NCBI GenBank assembly: GCA_963775425.1
Contig: CAVZJB010000016.1
Span: forward strand, 768,001-832,000
Direction: 5' to 3'
DNA from: an uncultured delta proteobacterium
Lineage (GTDB): Bacteria; Myxococcota; UBA727; VGSZ01
Length of the DNA stretch: 64,000 nucleotides
The translations under genes and the position numbers were made by a program. The notes under the pieces are model-generated. The model made no database searches. It was not told the DNA's origin and worked only from the letters and a program-made list of their open reading frames with translations. This document shows, in pieces, positions 23,618-33,064 of this stretch. Position 1 is the stretch's first letter, and every line of letters begins with the position of its first letter.

Positions 23618-24926
23618 TCACGGGCTCTGTCGCATGAGCGTCGAGTAGATCCACCCATGCCACCCATGCTGCGGACGTGACCCGCTCACCCAGCTCTCCC
23701 AGTCGGGCTGCTGGTAGCGATCCGACATCACCTCGAACAGGCTGCCCGGCCATCCGCTCGGCGTGGGCATCTGAACGGTGTCGTCGCAGGGATACACGAG
23801 CCTCCAGGCGTCACCCGCGATCCCCGCCGGCAGGTGGTAGGGCCACTCGTCCGGGTGCTCTGCGTAGTGAAACTCCCGCGCGAGCGCGAGCGCAAAGCTG
23901 CGGCCCTCCGGAGACGTGTACGAAAAGAGGTCTTGTCCTGTCGCGTTCTCGATGATCTGCGCCGCCGTCGTCATCGAGGTGAGCGCGAAGAACGTGTACC
24001 ACATGCCGCTGTTGGTCCTCTTGTTCTCCTCGGGCAGCTCGCCGGCCGCGTTGATGTTGTTCCCGATGCGCACCTTGATGCGCTCGGCTTCGCTCGCAAG
24101 CGCGGCAGCGTCGCCGTGCAGCGCGTCCGCGGCCACCACGCCGAGCGTGCCCCAGTCGCCCCAGTTGTTGACGTGGTCCTTGATGGAGCTCGCGCTCGGA
24201 GAGAACACCTCATCGACCCACGCGAGGAACGCCGCGCGGCTCGCGGCGTCGAAGGCGTCGTCGTTGGCGACGAGGTCCGCCGCGTAGAGCAAAGGGATGC
24301 CGGTGTAGATGACGACCAGCGGGCCGTCGCTGCCGGAGACGCTGTGGTTCACGCCGGCCCAGGCGCTCAGGATCTCGACCGACTTGGCCGCGTACGCCTC
24401 TCTCTGCTCGCGCGTGCCCGCGAGCTGATAGCCGAGGGCGCAGGCGTATGCCGCCATCGCGTCCTGGCGCAGGCCCTCCTTGGCCGCCTGTGAGGCCGCA
24501 GGGTCCCCGTAATAAAACGGGATGTCGAAGTCCTCCGTCGCCGTCGGCGTCCGCGCGAGGGCGGCTTCGGCCTCGTCGAGGACCTGGTGGACGGCGCTCG
24601 CCCAAGGCTCCACACCGGCGTGCGCGCGCATGAAATCGAGCTGGGCCTCCGTGTGCAGCAGGCCGACGCCGGGGGCCCGCGGCGCATCGATCCCCTCCGG
24701 CGTCGCCGCCGGCGTCGCGCGTGTCGCCGCCGGCGTCGCGCGTGTCGCTGCCGGCGTCGCGCGTGTCGCCGCCCGCGTCCGCGGGCTCCGCGGCGCCCGC
24801 GTCGCGCGCATCGGGAGGCCCCGCGTCGTCGGCCGCGGCCGCGCTCGGCAGCGTCGCTGCAGAGGGACACGCCGCGCCGCCGGCGACGAGGGCGAAGACC
24901 CACGGAAAGACCATCAAGTGCCGCAC
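23618..24926 (-). CDS. Alginate-lyase-family (alpha/alpha toroid) lipoprotein (one-base frameshift near 24693)
   Basis: Catalytic-type region DAMAAYACALGY, ILSAWA, NNWGDWG, GELPEE.KR, WYTFFAL in ORF 23618..24811; signal/lipobox GGAAC and DAG linker in the adjacent frame. Confidence 0.72.
24709..24779. repeat. 21-bp tandem repeat x3 encoding a DAGGDTR linker
   Basis: CCGGCGTCGCGCGTGTCGC(C/T)G at 24709, 24730 and 24751. Confidence 0.85.
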
Positions 24927-25019
24927 GGCCACCCCCGGCCGCCGGCTAACCCGTCCGTTTCCCCGGGTAAAGACATTCGTGACCATCCGGTCACCGTTCG
25001 TTCGCCCGGGCGCGACGCG

Positions 25020-26852
25020 TCAGCGGACGCTGAGCGCGGCGGCCGTGCCGTCGGGGACGCTCACCCACACGGCGCGGCCGGCGACGTCGTCGAAGCGGGC
25101 GGCGGCGCCGCCGCCGAGCTCGTCGAGGGCCGCGGCGGCGGGGACGACGGCGCCGTCGAGCTCCACGGAGCGCGACGCGGGGTCGGCCATGCGCACGCGC
25201 AGGATCACGCGGCCGGAGACGCCGTCGAGCGTGACCGCGCCGCCGTCGACAGAGACGGTGCCGGTGCTGTCGTCGTCGGCGTGCACGGTGAACGACGTCG
25301 GCGACGGCCCCGGGAAGCACAGCACCGTGAGCGCGTCCGCGAAGGCGCGCGGGTCCTCCGGCGCGAGCGGCGCGAGCGGCGCCAACGCGTCGCTGTCGAC
25401 GACCATGGGCACGATGGCGCCCTCGACGACGTACAGCGGCATGCGGCGCGCCGCGTCGTCGGCCGGCGCCGTGAACGACACCGTGGTCCCGCCGGCGAGC
25501 GCGTCGCCGCCGAGGTCCCACCAGTCGACGTAGCCCGCGCCGTCGTCGCGCACGGGCAACGCCACGTCGCGCGCCGCCCCCGGCGCGAGCAGCGGCGCCA
25601 CGAAGAAGGCGTCGCCGGCGAAGAAGCGGTAGTCGTTCGCCCACTGCTCCGGGCCGTCGCCGACGACGTGCAGCACGGGCACCGCGCCCTCGTTCGCCCG
25701 CGCCCGCGCCGGCGTCTGCAACTGCGCCTCCCGCACCGCCGAGAAGAAGAAGGGCGTGAGCGCGTGGTGCAGCGTTGCCCAGTAGCGATACTGCGCGACG
25801 GTCTCGTCGACGACGGTGGCGTCGCCCGGCACGGTCCACGGCGCCAGGTTCGCCCGCCCGTGCAACTGGAACAGCGGCGTGAGCGCGCTCATGGCCGTCC
25901 AGCGCCAGAACACCTCGGCGTCGAACGGCAGCGACTGACCGGAGCGCTCGTCGAGGTAGCCGCCGATGTCGCTGCCCATCACGGCGTAGCCCGCCTGCGC
26001 GGAGTGGAAGATGTGATCGAGGGCGTCCTGCATGCCGCCCCAGTCGCGGTGTTGATCGCCGACCCAGGTCACGGGCGCGTCGCCCGGGCGCGCGTAGAAG
26101 CGAGGGGCGAAGCCGTAGCTCTCGTCGTACGGCCTCGGCATGATCACGAACTCCTGCGTGCCGGCGGTGCGAACGCCGTTCTCCAGGAAATCCCGGTAGT
26201 AGGCCTCGCTGTACTCCTGCAGCGTCTTCTTCCCCGCCGCGGTGTCGATGGTGTCGCCGGTGACGTACTGCTCGCCGAAGTCGAGCTTGAAGCCGGCGAC
26301 GCCCGCGTCGAGGAGCGACCGCTGCTGCGCGTGCCACCAGGCGCGCGCGTCCTTGTTGAAGAAGTCGACGGCGGCGCCGGTGCCTTTCCACCACAGGTAC
26401 GTGTCGCCGTCGTTGACGAAGTAGTGGTGGTCTTCGCCGTCGATGAAGTTGGCGGCGGCGCCGTCGTAGCTGTCGCCGCCCTGCTCGATGTCGAAGCTCG
26501 ACTCGTTCACCATCTGCGTGGTCCACAGGACGGTGCGGATGCCCTCGGCGCGCCAGTCGGCGACCATCTGCGCGAAGCCGGGGTAGCGGCCCTCGTTGGG
26601 GATGAACGTGTTGTAGTTGGTCTCCCAGGGCGAATCGAGCACGGCGACGCCGACGGGGATGTCGCGCTCCTGAAAGCCCGCGATGAATTCCTGCATGTCG
26701 TCGCCGGTGGAGATGTCCTTGGAGATCCACGGCTCGAAGGCCCAGCGCGGCGTGAACAGCGGGACGTCGGCGGCGGCGGCGCCCTTCTTCTCGGCGGGGG
26801 CGCACCCGAGGGCGCACGACACGGCGACGGCGGCGGCGAGGACGAAGCGCAT
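25020..26852 (-). CDS. Glycoside hydrolase family 31 lipoprotein
   Basis: Lipobox ALGC; PRWAFEPW, VLDSPW, VDFFN..ARAWW, GVAGFKLDFGE nucleophile motif, WVGD, GSDIGG. Confidence 0.88.
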   Translation of the reverse strand: MRFVLAAAVAVSCALGCAPAEKKGAAAADVPLFTPRWAFEPWISKDISTGDDMQEFIAGFQERDIPVGVAVLDSPWETNYNTFIPNEGRYPGFAQMVADWRAEGIRTVLWTTQMVNESSFDIEQGGDSYDGAAANFIDGEDHHYFVNDGDTYLWWKGTGAAVDFFNKDARAWWHAQQRSLLDAGVAGFKLDFGEQYVTGDTIDTAAGKKTLQEYSEAYYRDFLENGVRTAGTQEFVIMPRPYDESYGFAPRFYARPGDAPVTWVGDQHRDWGGMQDALDHIFHSAQAGYAVMGSDIGGYLDERSGQSLPFDAEVFWRWTAMSALTPLFQLHGRANLAPWTVPGDATVVDETVAQYRYWATLHHALTPFFFSAVREAQLQTPARARANEGAVPVLHVVGDGPEQWANDYRFFAGDAFFVAPLLAPGAARDVALPVRDDGAGYVDWWDLGGDALAGGTTVSFTAPADDAARRMPLYVVEGAIVPMVVDSDALAPLAPLAPEDPRAFADALTVLCFPGPSPTSFTVHADDDSTGTVSVDGGAVTLDGVSGRVILRVRMADPASRSVELDGAVVPAAAALDELGGGAAARFDDVAGRAVWVSVPDGTAAALSVR

Positions 26853-27042
26853 CTCGCGATGCTCGCGCGCGCGCCCGAGGGCGCAAGAGGGCCGCGCGAG
26901 AAACGCGCACTTGCAGTCAGGGCTGCCGGTCGTCGGCGGCGGTGGTCGCCGGCGCCGCGACCGTGATCCGCACGCGTTCGCCCGACACGCGCACGCTTGC
27001 CCCTCCCGTTGCGCGCCCGGAGCGCCGGACTAGCATCGCCTC

Positions 27043-28137
27043 GTGCCCCTCGGCCCCCTCCCCGTCGTCGACGACGCCCGCTTCGCGCCCGCCCCCGAGC
27101 GCGCCGCGCCGCCGTCGTTGTGGGCGCTGTTGCCGGAGGATCTCGCGCGCCTCGGCCACCGCGGCGACCCGGGCGCGCTCTTCTCCCGCATCCAGCGCGT
27201 CGCCGCGTGGGAAGGCGGCGCCCCCGCCGTCGGCCGCGCCGCCCGCGCGCTGCTGGCGTCGTGCGACGCGTCGCTGCCGCGCATCACCGAGCGGCACGGC
27301 GCCGCCGACGGCGCCACGCGCGTCGTGCTCGACGTCGACGGCGCCGCCGCGGCGCGCGTGGAGTGCGTCCACATGCCCCGCGCGGTGAAGAACCCCCGCG
27401 TGACCTTCTGTGTCTCGTCGCAGGTGGGCTGCGCCATGGGCTGCACCTTCTGCGCGACGGGCACCATGGGCATCGTGCGCAACCTGTCCGCCGGCGAGAT
27501 CGTCGGCGAGGTGCTCGCGCTCATGCACGCCCTCGGGCCGCGCACGGGCCACGCGCTCAACCTCGTGTTCATGGGCATGGGCGAGCCGCTGCACAACCTC
27601 GACCACGTCGCCCGCGCCGTCGAGGTGCTCTGCCACCCGCGAGGCGTGGGCATGAGCCCCAACCGCATCACGGTGTCGACGTCGGGGCTCGTGCCCGGCA
27701 TCGATCGCCTCGCGCGCTTGAAGGTGCGCCCGCTGCTCGCGCTCTCGGTGAACGCCACCACCGACGCCGCGCGCTCGCGCATCATGCCGGTCAACCGCGC
27801 GTACCCGCTGGCGGCGCTGCGGGCGGCGCTCGAGCGCTTCCCGCTCCGGCGCGCCGAGAAGATCCTCCTCGAGTACGTCCTCCTGCGCGGCGAGAACGAC
27901 ACCGACGACGACGCCCGCCGCCTCGCGGACTTCGCGCGCGGCCTCCGGCACAACGTCAACGTCATCCCGCTCAACGAGCACGACGGCACCGCCCACCGCG
28001 CGCCCGACGACGACCACGTGATGCGCTTCGCCCGCCGCCTCACCGAGCTCGGCTGCCTGTGCACGGTCCGCAACAACCGCGCCCGCGACGTCCGCGGGGC
28101 CTGCGGCCAGCTCGTCACCGCCGACGACGCGCCCTAG
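27043..28137 (+). CDS. rlmN: RlmN-family radical SAM RNA methyltransferase (probable paralogue)
   Basis: CVSSQVGCAMGCTFCATG, FMGMGEPL, ITVSTSG, EYVLL.GEND, GACGQL; short atypical N-terminus. Confidence 0.82.
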   Translation: MPLGPLPVVDDARFAPAPERAAPPSLWALLPEDLARLGHRGDPGALFSRIQRVAAWEGGAPAVGRAARALLASCDASLPRITERHGAADGATRVVLDVDGAAAARVECVHMPRAVKNPRVTFCVSSQVGCAMGCTFCATGTMGIVRNLSAGEIVGEVLALMHALGPRTGHALNLVFMGMGEPLHNLDHVARAVEVLCHPRGVGMSPNRITVSTSGLVPGIDRLARLKVRPLLALSVNATTDAARSRIMPVNRAYPLAALRAALERFPLRRAEKILLEYVLLRGENDTDDDARRLADFARGLRHNVNVIPLNEHDGTAHRAPDDDHVMRFARRLTELGCLCTVRNNRARDVRGACGQLVTADDAP

Positions 28138-28182
28138 GTCAGCGACGAGTCCCGCGGGGAGCGGACAGCGGGAACGGGAAAA

Positions 28183-28287
28183 GGCGAGCGGGAGCGTGGA
28201 CGGGCGGCGCGTGCGACTCGCGGTCGCCGGTGACCGCGCACGTGCGCCGCACGCGCTTGCCGTACACGTGACCGCTCCCCGCTCGCC
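28183..28287. repeat. About 105-bp imperfect palindrome (REP-like) between convergent genes
   Basis: GGCGAGCGGGAGCG ... CGCTCCCCGCTCGCC outer arms, GCGCGTGCG/CGCACGCGC middle arms, CGCGGTCG-CCGG-TGACCGCG inner hairpin. Confidence 0.7.
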
Positions 28288-28377
28288 CATCATGCTGAGC
28301 CGCACTACGTGAAGGAGCGCGGCGCGTGGCTGCGCGACGGCAACGAGGCGTGACGGGCGCGCCTGCGGGGCCGCGCC

Positions 28378-29973
28378 CTATGCGCCCACGCGGCGAAAGA
28401 CCACCGTGGTGCCCTCCTCGAAGGCCACCGTCCACGCGGGGCTCGCCCGCAGCTCGTCGACGAGCGCCCGCACGTAGCGCGCGTCGTTCGGCCACGGCGA
28501 CGCGCGCGGATCGAGGATGACGAAGTCGGCGCGGTCGACGAAGCGGCGCTGGGGCTGCCAGATGAACTGACGAAAGGCGAGGTGCGGCAGGAAGTGGTTC
28601 TGCGCCACCACCTTGGCGGCGTCGGGGATGACGGCGAGCGCGCGGCGGTAGCGCGCCACCTCCTCCGGCTTGGCCATGTACGGCTTTTGCAGCGACGAAA
28701 ATTCCGGCGGCGCGGGCGATGCCGCGTTCGACAGCGCGCAGCCGGCGACGACGACGACGGCGGCGGCGACCTCGAACGCGCGCGCGAGCACCGCCGGCGA
28801 CAGCGCGCTCAGGCGCCGCGCGGCGAACGAGAGCACGCGACGCTCGAGGCGCGCGAGCGCGTCGACGGCGCCGAAGGCGAAGCATCCCACCAGGGGGAGC
28901 GAGTAGTGGAAGCCGAGTCCCCACATCTCGCGCTTGTCCGAGAGGAAGCGCGCGGCGAGCGTGGGCGCCGCGAGCAGCAGCGACTGCGGTGACAGGAGCG
29001 GCAGAAACGAGAAGCCGCCGGCGGTGACGGCGAGCGTGCGCGCCTTTTGCGCGGGCGAGAACAGCAAGCCCACGGTGTGCAGCGGGTGCTCCACGATGGA
29101 GCGGGCGATGTCCGCGGGCGACGCGCCGAGCTGCTTGAAGCGCGCGACGTGCATCATGGTGGCGCCGGGCTCGAGGAGCGCCGGCTGGATCACGGCGGTG
29201 ACGACGAAGAACCACGCCATGAAGCCCGCGAAGATGCCCGCGCCCTCGATGCGTCTCTTCCACGTCGCCGTCCCCGGAGGGAACAGCGCGAGCCACAGGC
29301 CGACGGCGGCGGCGTAGACGATGGCCGACTCCTTGGTGCCGGCGAGCACCACGAGCGCGGCGTACGCCCCCACGCGCGCCCACCGCGCGCGGCGGGAGCC
29401 CGGAGCGTCCGCCGCCGTCTCGAGCCCGAGGAGCGCGCAGAACGTCAGCAGCGGGACCGGAGCGGTCTCGTGCACGTCGAACTCGATGAACGTCTGCGTC
29501 CCCACGGCGAAGAGATACGCGAGCGACACGGCGGCGACCGCGAGCGGACCAAGCCCGCGCCGGCGCGCGAGCGCCGCGAGCGGCAGCACCGCCGCGGCCA
29601 CCAGCGCCGCCTGCAGCACCAGCAGCGACGATGTGACGCCCGTCCACGCCAGCGGCGCCGCCAGGTAGAGCGAGGGCATGAAGTGGTTGGTGCCGCCCCA
29701 GAAGTTGGCGTCGCCGAGCACGCTCGACACCGGCGGCTTGGCGTACGCGAGCAGGAAGAGGTTGTGCACATGGCAGCCCATGTCCCACGAGCCGCTGCCG
29801 AAGCGCTCGTGGCGCGCGACGGAGAACACGCAGTAGACGACGAACGCCACGAGCCCGGGGACGCCTGCGGCGAGGAGGACGCGGGCGCCCGCCGCGCCCG
29901 GGCCCGTCGACGTCGAGGGTGTCGACGCAGCGGACGTCGACGAGGGCCGGGAGGTGCTCGTCACGCCCGACAT
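28378..29973 (-). CDS. DUF2079-type membrane protein (GT-C fold candidate)
   Basis: RHERF.SGSWDMG, NHFMP, LLVLQA, FDVHE, KE, FHYS, PHLAFR motifs; many TM helices. Start codon uncertain. Confidence 0.75.
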   Translation of the reverse strand: MSGVTSTSRPSSTSAASTPSTSTGPGAAGARVLLAAGVPGLVAFVVYCVFSVARHERFGSGSWDMGCHVHNLFLLAYAKPPVSSVLGDANFWGGTNHFMPSLYLAAPLAWTGVTSSLLVLQAALVAAAVLPLAALARRRGLGPLAVAAVSLAYLFAVGTQTFIEFDVHETAPVPLLTFCALLGLETAADAPGSRRARWARVGAYAALVVLAGTKESAIVYAAAVGLWLALFPPGTATWKRRIEGAGIFAGFMAWFFVVTAVIQPALLEPGATMMHVARFKQLGASPADIARSIVEHPLHTVGLLFSPAQKARTLAVTAGGFSFLPLLSPQSLLLAAPTLAARFLSDKREMWGLGFHYSLPLVGCFAFGAVDALARLERRVLSFAARRLSALSPAVLARAFEVAAAVVVVAGCALSNAASPAPPEFSSLQKPYMAKPEEVARYRRALAVIPDAAKVVAQNHFLPHLAFRQFIWQPQRRFVDRADFVILDPRASPWPNDARYVRALVDELRASPAWTVAFEEGTTVVFRRVGA

Positions 29974-29987
29974 GCTATCACCAGGCA

Positions 29988-30980
29988 ATGCGCGTCTCTC
30001 TCGTCGTGCCCTGCTTCAACGAGGCGGAGAACATCCCCCGCCTCATCGAAGAGATCGACGCGGTCATCGGCGAGCACCAGCTCGACGCCGAGGTCATCCT
30101 CGTCGACGACGGCAGCCGCGACGGCACGCGCGACCTCGTGGTCGCCCAGGCCGAGAAGGACCCGCGCTACAAGGCGGTCGTGTTCCGGCGCAACTTCGGG
30201 CAGACCGCCGCCATGGTCGCGGGCATCGACCACGCCGCCGGCGAGGTCATCATCCCGCTCGACGCCGACCTGCAGAACGACCCCGCGGACATCCCGCGCC
30301 TCCTCGCCGAGATCGACAAGGGCTACGACGTCGTCAGCGGCTGGCGGAAGAACCGCCAGGACAAGCTCTTGTCGCGGCGCTTCCCGTCGGTCATCGCCAA
30401 CCGGCTCATCGCGAAGGTCGGCGGGGTCGACATCCACGACTACGGCTGCACGCTCAAGGCGTATCGCAAGAGCGTCATCGAGCACGTGCGCCTCTACGGC
30501 GAGATGCATCGCTTCATCCCGATCTACGCCTCGTGGGCCGGCGGCCGCGTCGCCGAGATCGTCGTCAACCACCGCCCGCGCACCGCCGGCGTATCCAAGT
30601 ACGGCATCGGCCGCACGTTCAAGGTCATCCTCGACCTGCTGACCGTGAAGCTCCTCGGCAGCTACGCCACCAAGCCCATCTACTTCTTCGGCTTCATCGG
30701 CTTCGTGCTGCTGTCGGCGGGCGGCCTGTGCGGGCTCGGCGTCGTCGCCATCAAGCTCGCCGGCATCGTCTGGCAGCACACCTTCTCGCTCGGGCTGCTC
30801 GGCGCGTTCCTCATCCTCGTCGGCATGCAGTCGGTGATGATGGGGCTCCTCGCCGAGCTGCAGGTGCGCACCTACCACGAGAGCCAACAGAAGCCGATCT
30901 ACCTCGTCAAGGAGACCGTCGGGCTCCCCGTCCCCGCGCCGCCGCTGCCGCTCGCGGCCGGCACCGCGAAGCGCGCGTAG
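29988..30980 (+). CDS. GT2 polyprenyl-phosphate glycosyltransferase (ArnC/GtrB/DPM-like)
   Basis: VVPCFNE, VDDGSRDGT, RNFGQTAA, DADLQNDP, GEMHRFIP, SKYG; two C-terminal TM helices. Confidence 0.92.
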   Translation: MRVSLVVPCFNEAENIPRLIEEIDAVIGEHQLDAEVILVDDGSRDGTRDLVVAQAEKDPRYKAVVFRRNFGQTAAMVAGIDHAAGEVIIPLDADLQNDPADIPRLLAEIDKGYDVVSGWRKNRQDKLLSRRFPSVIANRLIAKVGGVDIHDYGCTLKAYRKSVIEHVRLYGEMHRFIPIYASWAGGRVAEIVVNHRPRTAGVSKYGIGRTFKVILDLLTVKLLGSYATKPIYFFGFIGFVLLSAGGLCGLGVVAIKLAGIVWQHTFSLGLLGAFLILVGMQSVMMGLLAELQVRTYHESQQKPIYLVKETVGLPVPAPPLPLAAGTAKRA

Positions 30981-30997
30981 CCCGGGGGCGCTCCGTC

Positions 30998-33064
30998 GTG
31001 TGCGGCATCGCCGGCCTGATCGAAGCTCCCGGCGCCGCCGTAGACGAGGCCTCGCTCGGCCGCATGGCGGACGCGCTCGTGCACCGCGGCCCCGACGACG
31101 GGCGCACCTGGCGCGGCCCGTCGACGTCGGGCCTCGCGCACGTCGGGCTCGCGCACCGCCGGCTCTCGGTGCTCGACCACCGAGGCGGCGCGCAGCCCAT
31201 GCACGGCAGCGACGTCGTCGTCGTGTTCAACGGACAGATCTACAACCACCTCGCGCTGCGCACCGAGCTCGCCGCGCTCGGCGCCGCGTTCGCCAGCGAC
31301 CACAGCGACACCGAGGTGCTGGTGCACGGCGTCCGCTTCTGGGGCGTGACCGCGGCGCAGGCGTCGAACGGCAACGGCGACGGCGACGCGGCCGCCTCCT
31401 TCTGCGCGCGGCTGTCGGGCATGTTCGCCTTCGCCGCCGTCGACACGCGCCGGCGCACGCTGCTCCTCGCGCGCGATCCCATGGGGCAAAAGCCGCTGTA
31501 CGTCGCCGGCCCCGGCTTCTTCGACGACGGCAAGCCGCGGCTCGCCTTCGCCTCCGAGCTCTCTGCGCTCGAGCGGCTGCCCCGCGCGCGCCGCGCCGTC
31601 GACCCGGCGGCGCTCGCGCGCTACTTCGCCTTCGACTTCGTCCCCGACCCCGACTGCATCTACCAGGGCGTCATCAAGCTCCCTCCCGGAACGCTGCTCG
31701 AGCTCCCCCTCGACGACACGAGCGCCTGGTCCAATCTCGCGGGCCGCGCCCGCCCCTACCGCGCGCTGAGCTTCCTGCGCGGCGCCGCGGCCCTGCCCCG
31801 CACGCACCACGAGCGCGTCGAGCGCCTGCGCGCCGTGCTCGTACAGGCCGTCGCCAAGCGGATGGTGGCCGACGTCCCCGTCGGCATCTTCCTGTCGGGA
31901 GGCGTCGACTCGTCGCTCGTGGCCGCGCTCGCGGCGCGGCGCTCCTCCAAGGTGGAGACGTTTTCGATCGCGTTTCGCGAGGCGAGCTACGACGAGAGCC
32001 GCTGGGCGCGCCGCGTGGCCGCCCACATCGGCGCGGCGCACCACGAGGAGACCCTCGACGAGCGCGCGCTCCTCGACGTGCTGCCGCGGCTGGCCCGGCA
32101 CCTCTCGGAGCCCTTCGCCGATCACTCGATCATCCCCACGTACCTGCTGTCGTCGTTCGCGCGCGAGAGCGTGACGGTGGCCCTCGGCGGCGACGGCGGC
32201 GACGAGCTGTTCCTCGGCTATCCGACCTTCCAGGTCGAGGCGCTGCGGCCCGCCGCCTTCGATCACGCCACCTTCGCGACGCGCCCGGCGTTTGCGCGGC
32301 TGCTGGCGGTGGCGCGGCGCTTGCCAGTGTCCCACGAGGACTTCTCGCTCGACTTCAAGCTGCAGCGAACGCTCGACGGGCTCGCGGAGCCGTCGGCGCT
32401 GCGGCGCCACCAGCTCTTCCTCACGGGCGCCACGGACGCGCGCGTGCGCCGGCTGCTCGCCGTTGATCCGGGCCCCGGCGACATGCTCGCCGTCCTCGAC
32501 GACCTCGAGCGCGCCGCCGCCGGCGCCGGCGCCCGCGACACCTTCGACGTGCTGCAGGTGGGCTACGCGAGGACGTACCTGGCGGCGGGCGTGTTGCAGA
32601 AGGTGGACCGCGCGTCGATGGCGGCGTCGTTGGAGGTGCGGGCGCCGCTCCTCGACAACGACGTCGTCGACCTCGCGCTCGCGCTGCCGTCGTCGGAGAA
32701 GCTGCACCGGCTGCGCACCAAGGCGATCCTGAAGGACGTCGCCGTGGCGGCGGGCGTGCCGCGCGAGGTGGTGCACCGAAGGAAGAAGGGCTTCGGCGTG
32801 CCGGTGGCGTCGTGGCTCGCGGGGCCCCTGCGGCCGCTCGTCGACGAGCTCCTGTCCCGGCGCGCGCTCGAGGAAGACGGCGCGCTCGACGCTCGTGTGG
32901 TGCGCGCGCTCGTCGACGAGCACATGCAGAGGCGCGCGAACCACCGCAAGCAACTGTGGTCGATCCTGATGTACCGCCTGTGGCGCACGCGCCCGCGCGA
33001 GCCCGCGCAGGACGGCGCGCACGGGCCGCACGGCGCGCTCGCCACGGCGAGGCCTGCGCCGTGA
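30998..33064 (+). CDS. asnB: Asparagine synthase (glutamine-hydrolysing)-family amidotransferase
   Basis: GTG start giving (M)CGIAG; HRGPD, HRRLS, FNGQIYNH, SDTEV, LSGGVDSS, GDGGDELF, KVDRASMAASLEVRAP. Confidence 0.9.
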   Translation: MCGIAGLIEAPGAAVDEASLGRMADALVHRGPDDGRTWRGPSTSGLAHVGLAHRRLSVLDHRGGAQPMHGSDVVVVFNGQIYNHLALRTELAALGAAFASDHSDTEVLVHGVRFWGVTAAQASNGNGDGDAAASFCARLSGMFAFAAVDTRRRTLLLARDPMGQKPLYVAGPGFFDDGKPRLAFASELSALERLPRARRAVDPAALARYFAFDFVPDPDCIYQGVIKLPPGTLLELPLDDTSAWSNLAGRARPYRALSFLRGAAALPRTHHERVERLRAVLVQAVAKRMVADVPVGIFLSGGVDSSLVAALAARRSSKVETFSIAFREASYDESRWARRVAAHIGAAHHEETLDERALLDVLPRLARHLSEPFADHSIIPTYLLSSFARESVTVALGGDGGDELFLGYPTFQVEALRPAAFDHATFATRPAFARLLAVARRLPVSHEDFSLDFKLQRTLDGLAEPSALRRHQLFLTGATDARVRRLLAVDPGPGDMLAVLDDLERAAAGAGARDTFDVLQVGYARTYLAAGVLQKVDRASMAASLEVRAPLLDNDVVDLALALPSSEKLHRLRTKAILKDVAVAAGVPREVVHRRKKGFGVPVASWLAGPLRPLVDELLSRRALEEDGALDARVVRALVDEHMQRRANHRKQLWSILMYRLWRTRPREPAQDGAHGPHGALATARPAP

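Noticed and set aside
27043-28137. Cfr antibiotic-resistance methyltransferase
   Set aside because: The motif is RlmN-type MGMGEP rather than Cfr-type MGMGEA; a tree would be needed to claim otherwise.
22977-28300. Intact prophage or integrative element at tRNA-Ala
   Set aside because: No integrase, phage or conjugation genes, and I saw no distal copy of the att core in the window.
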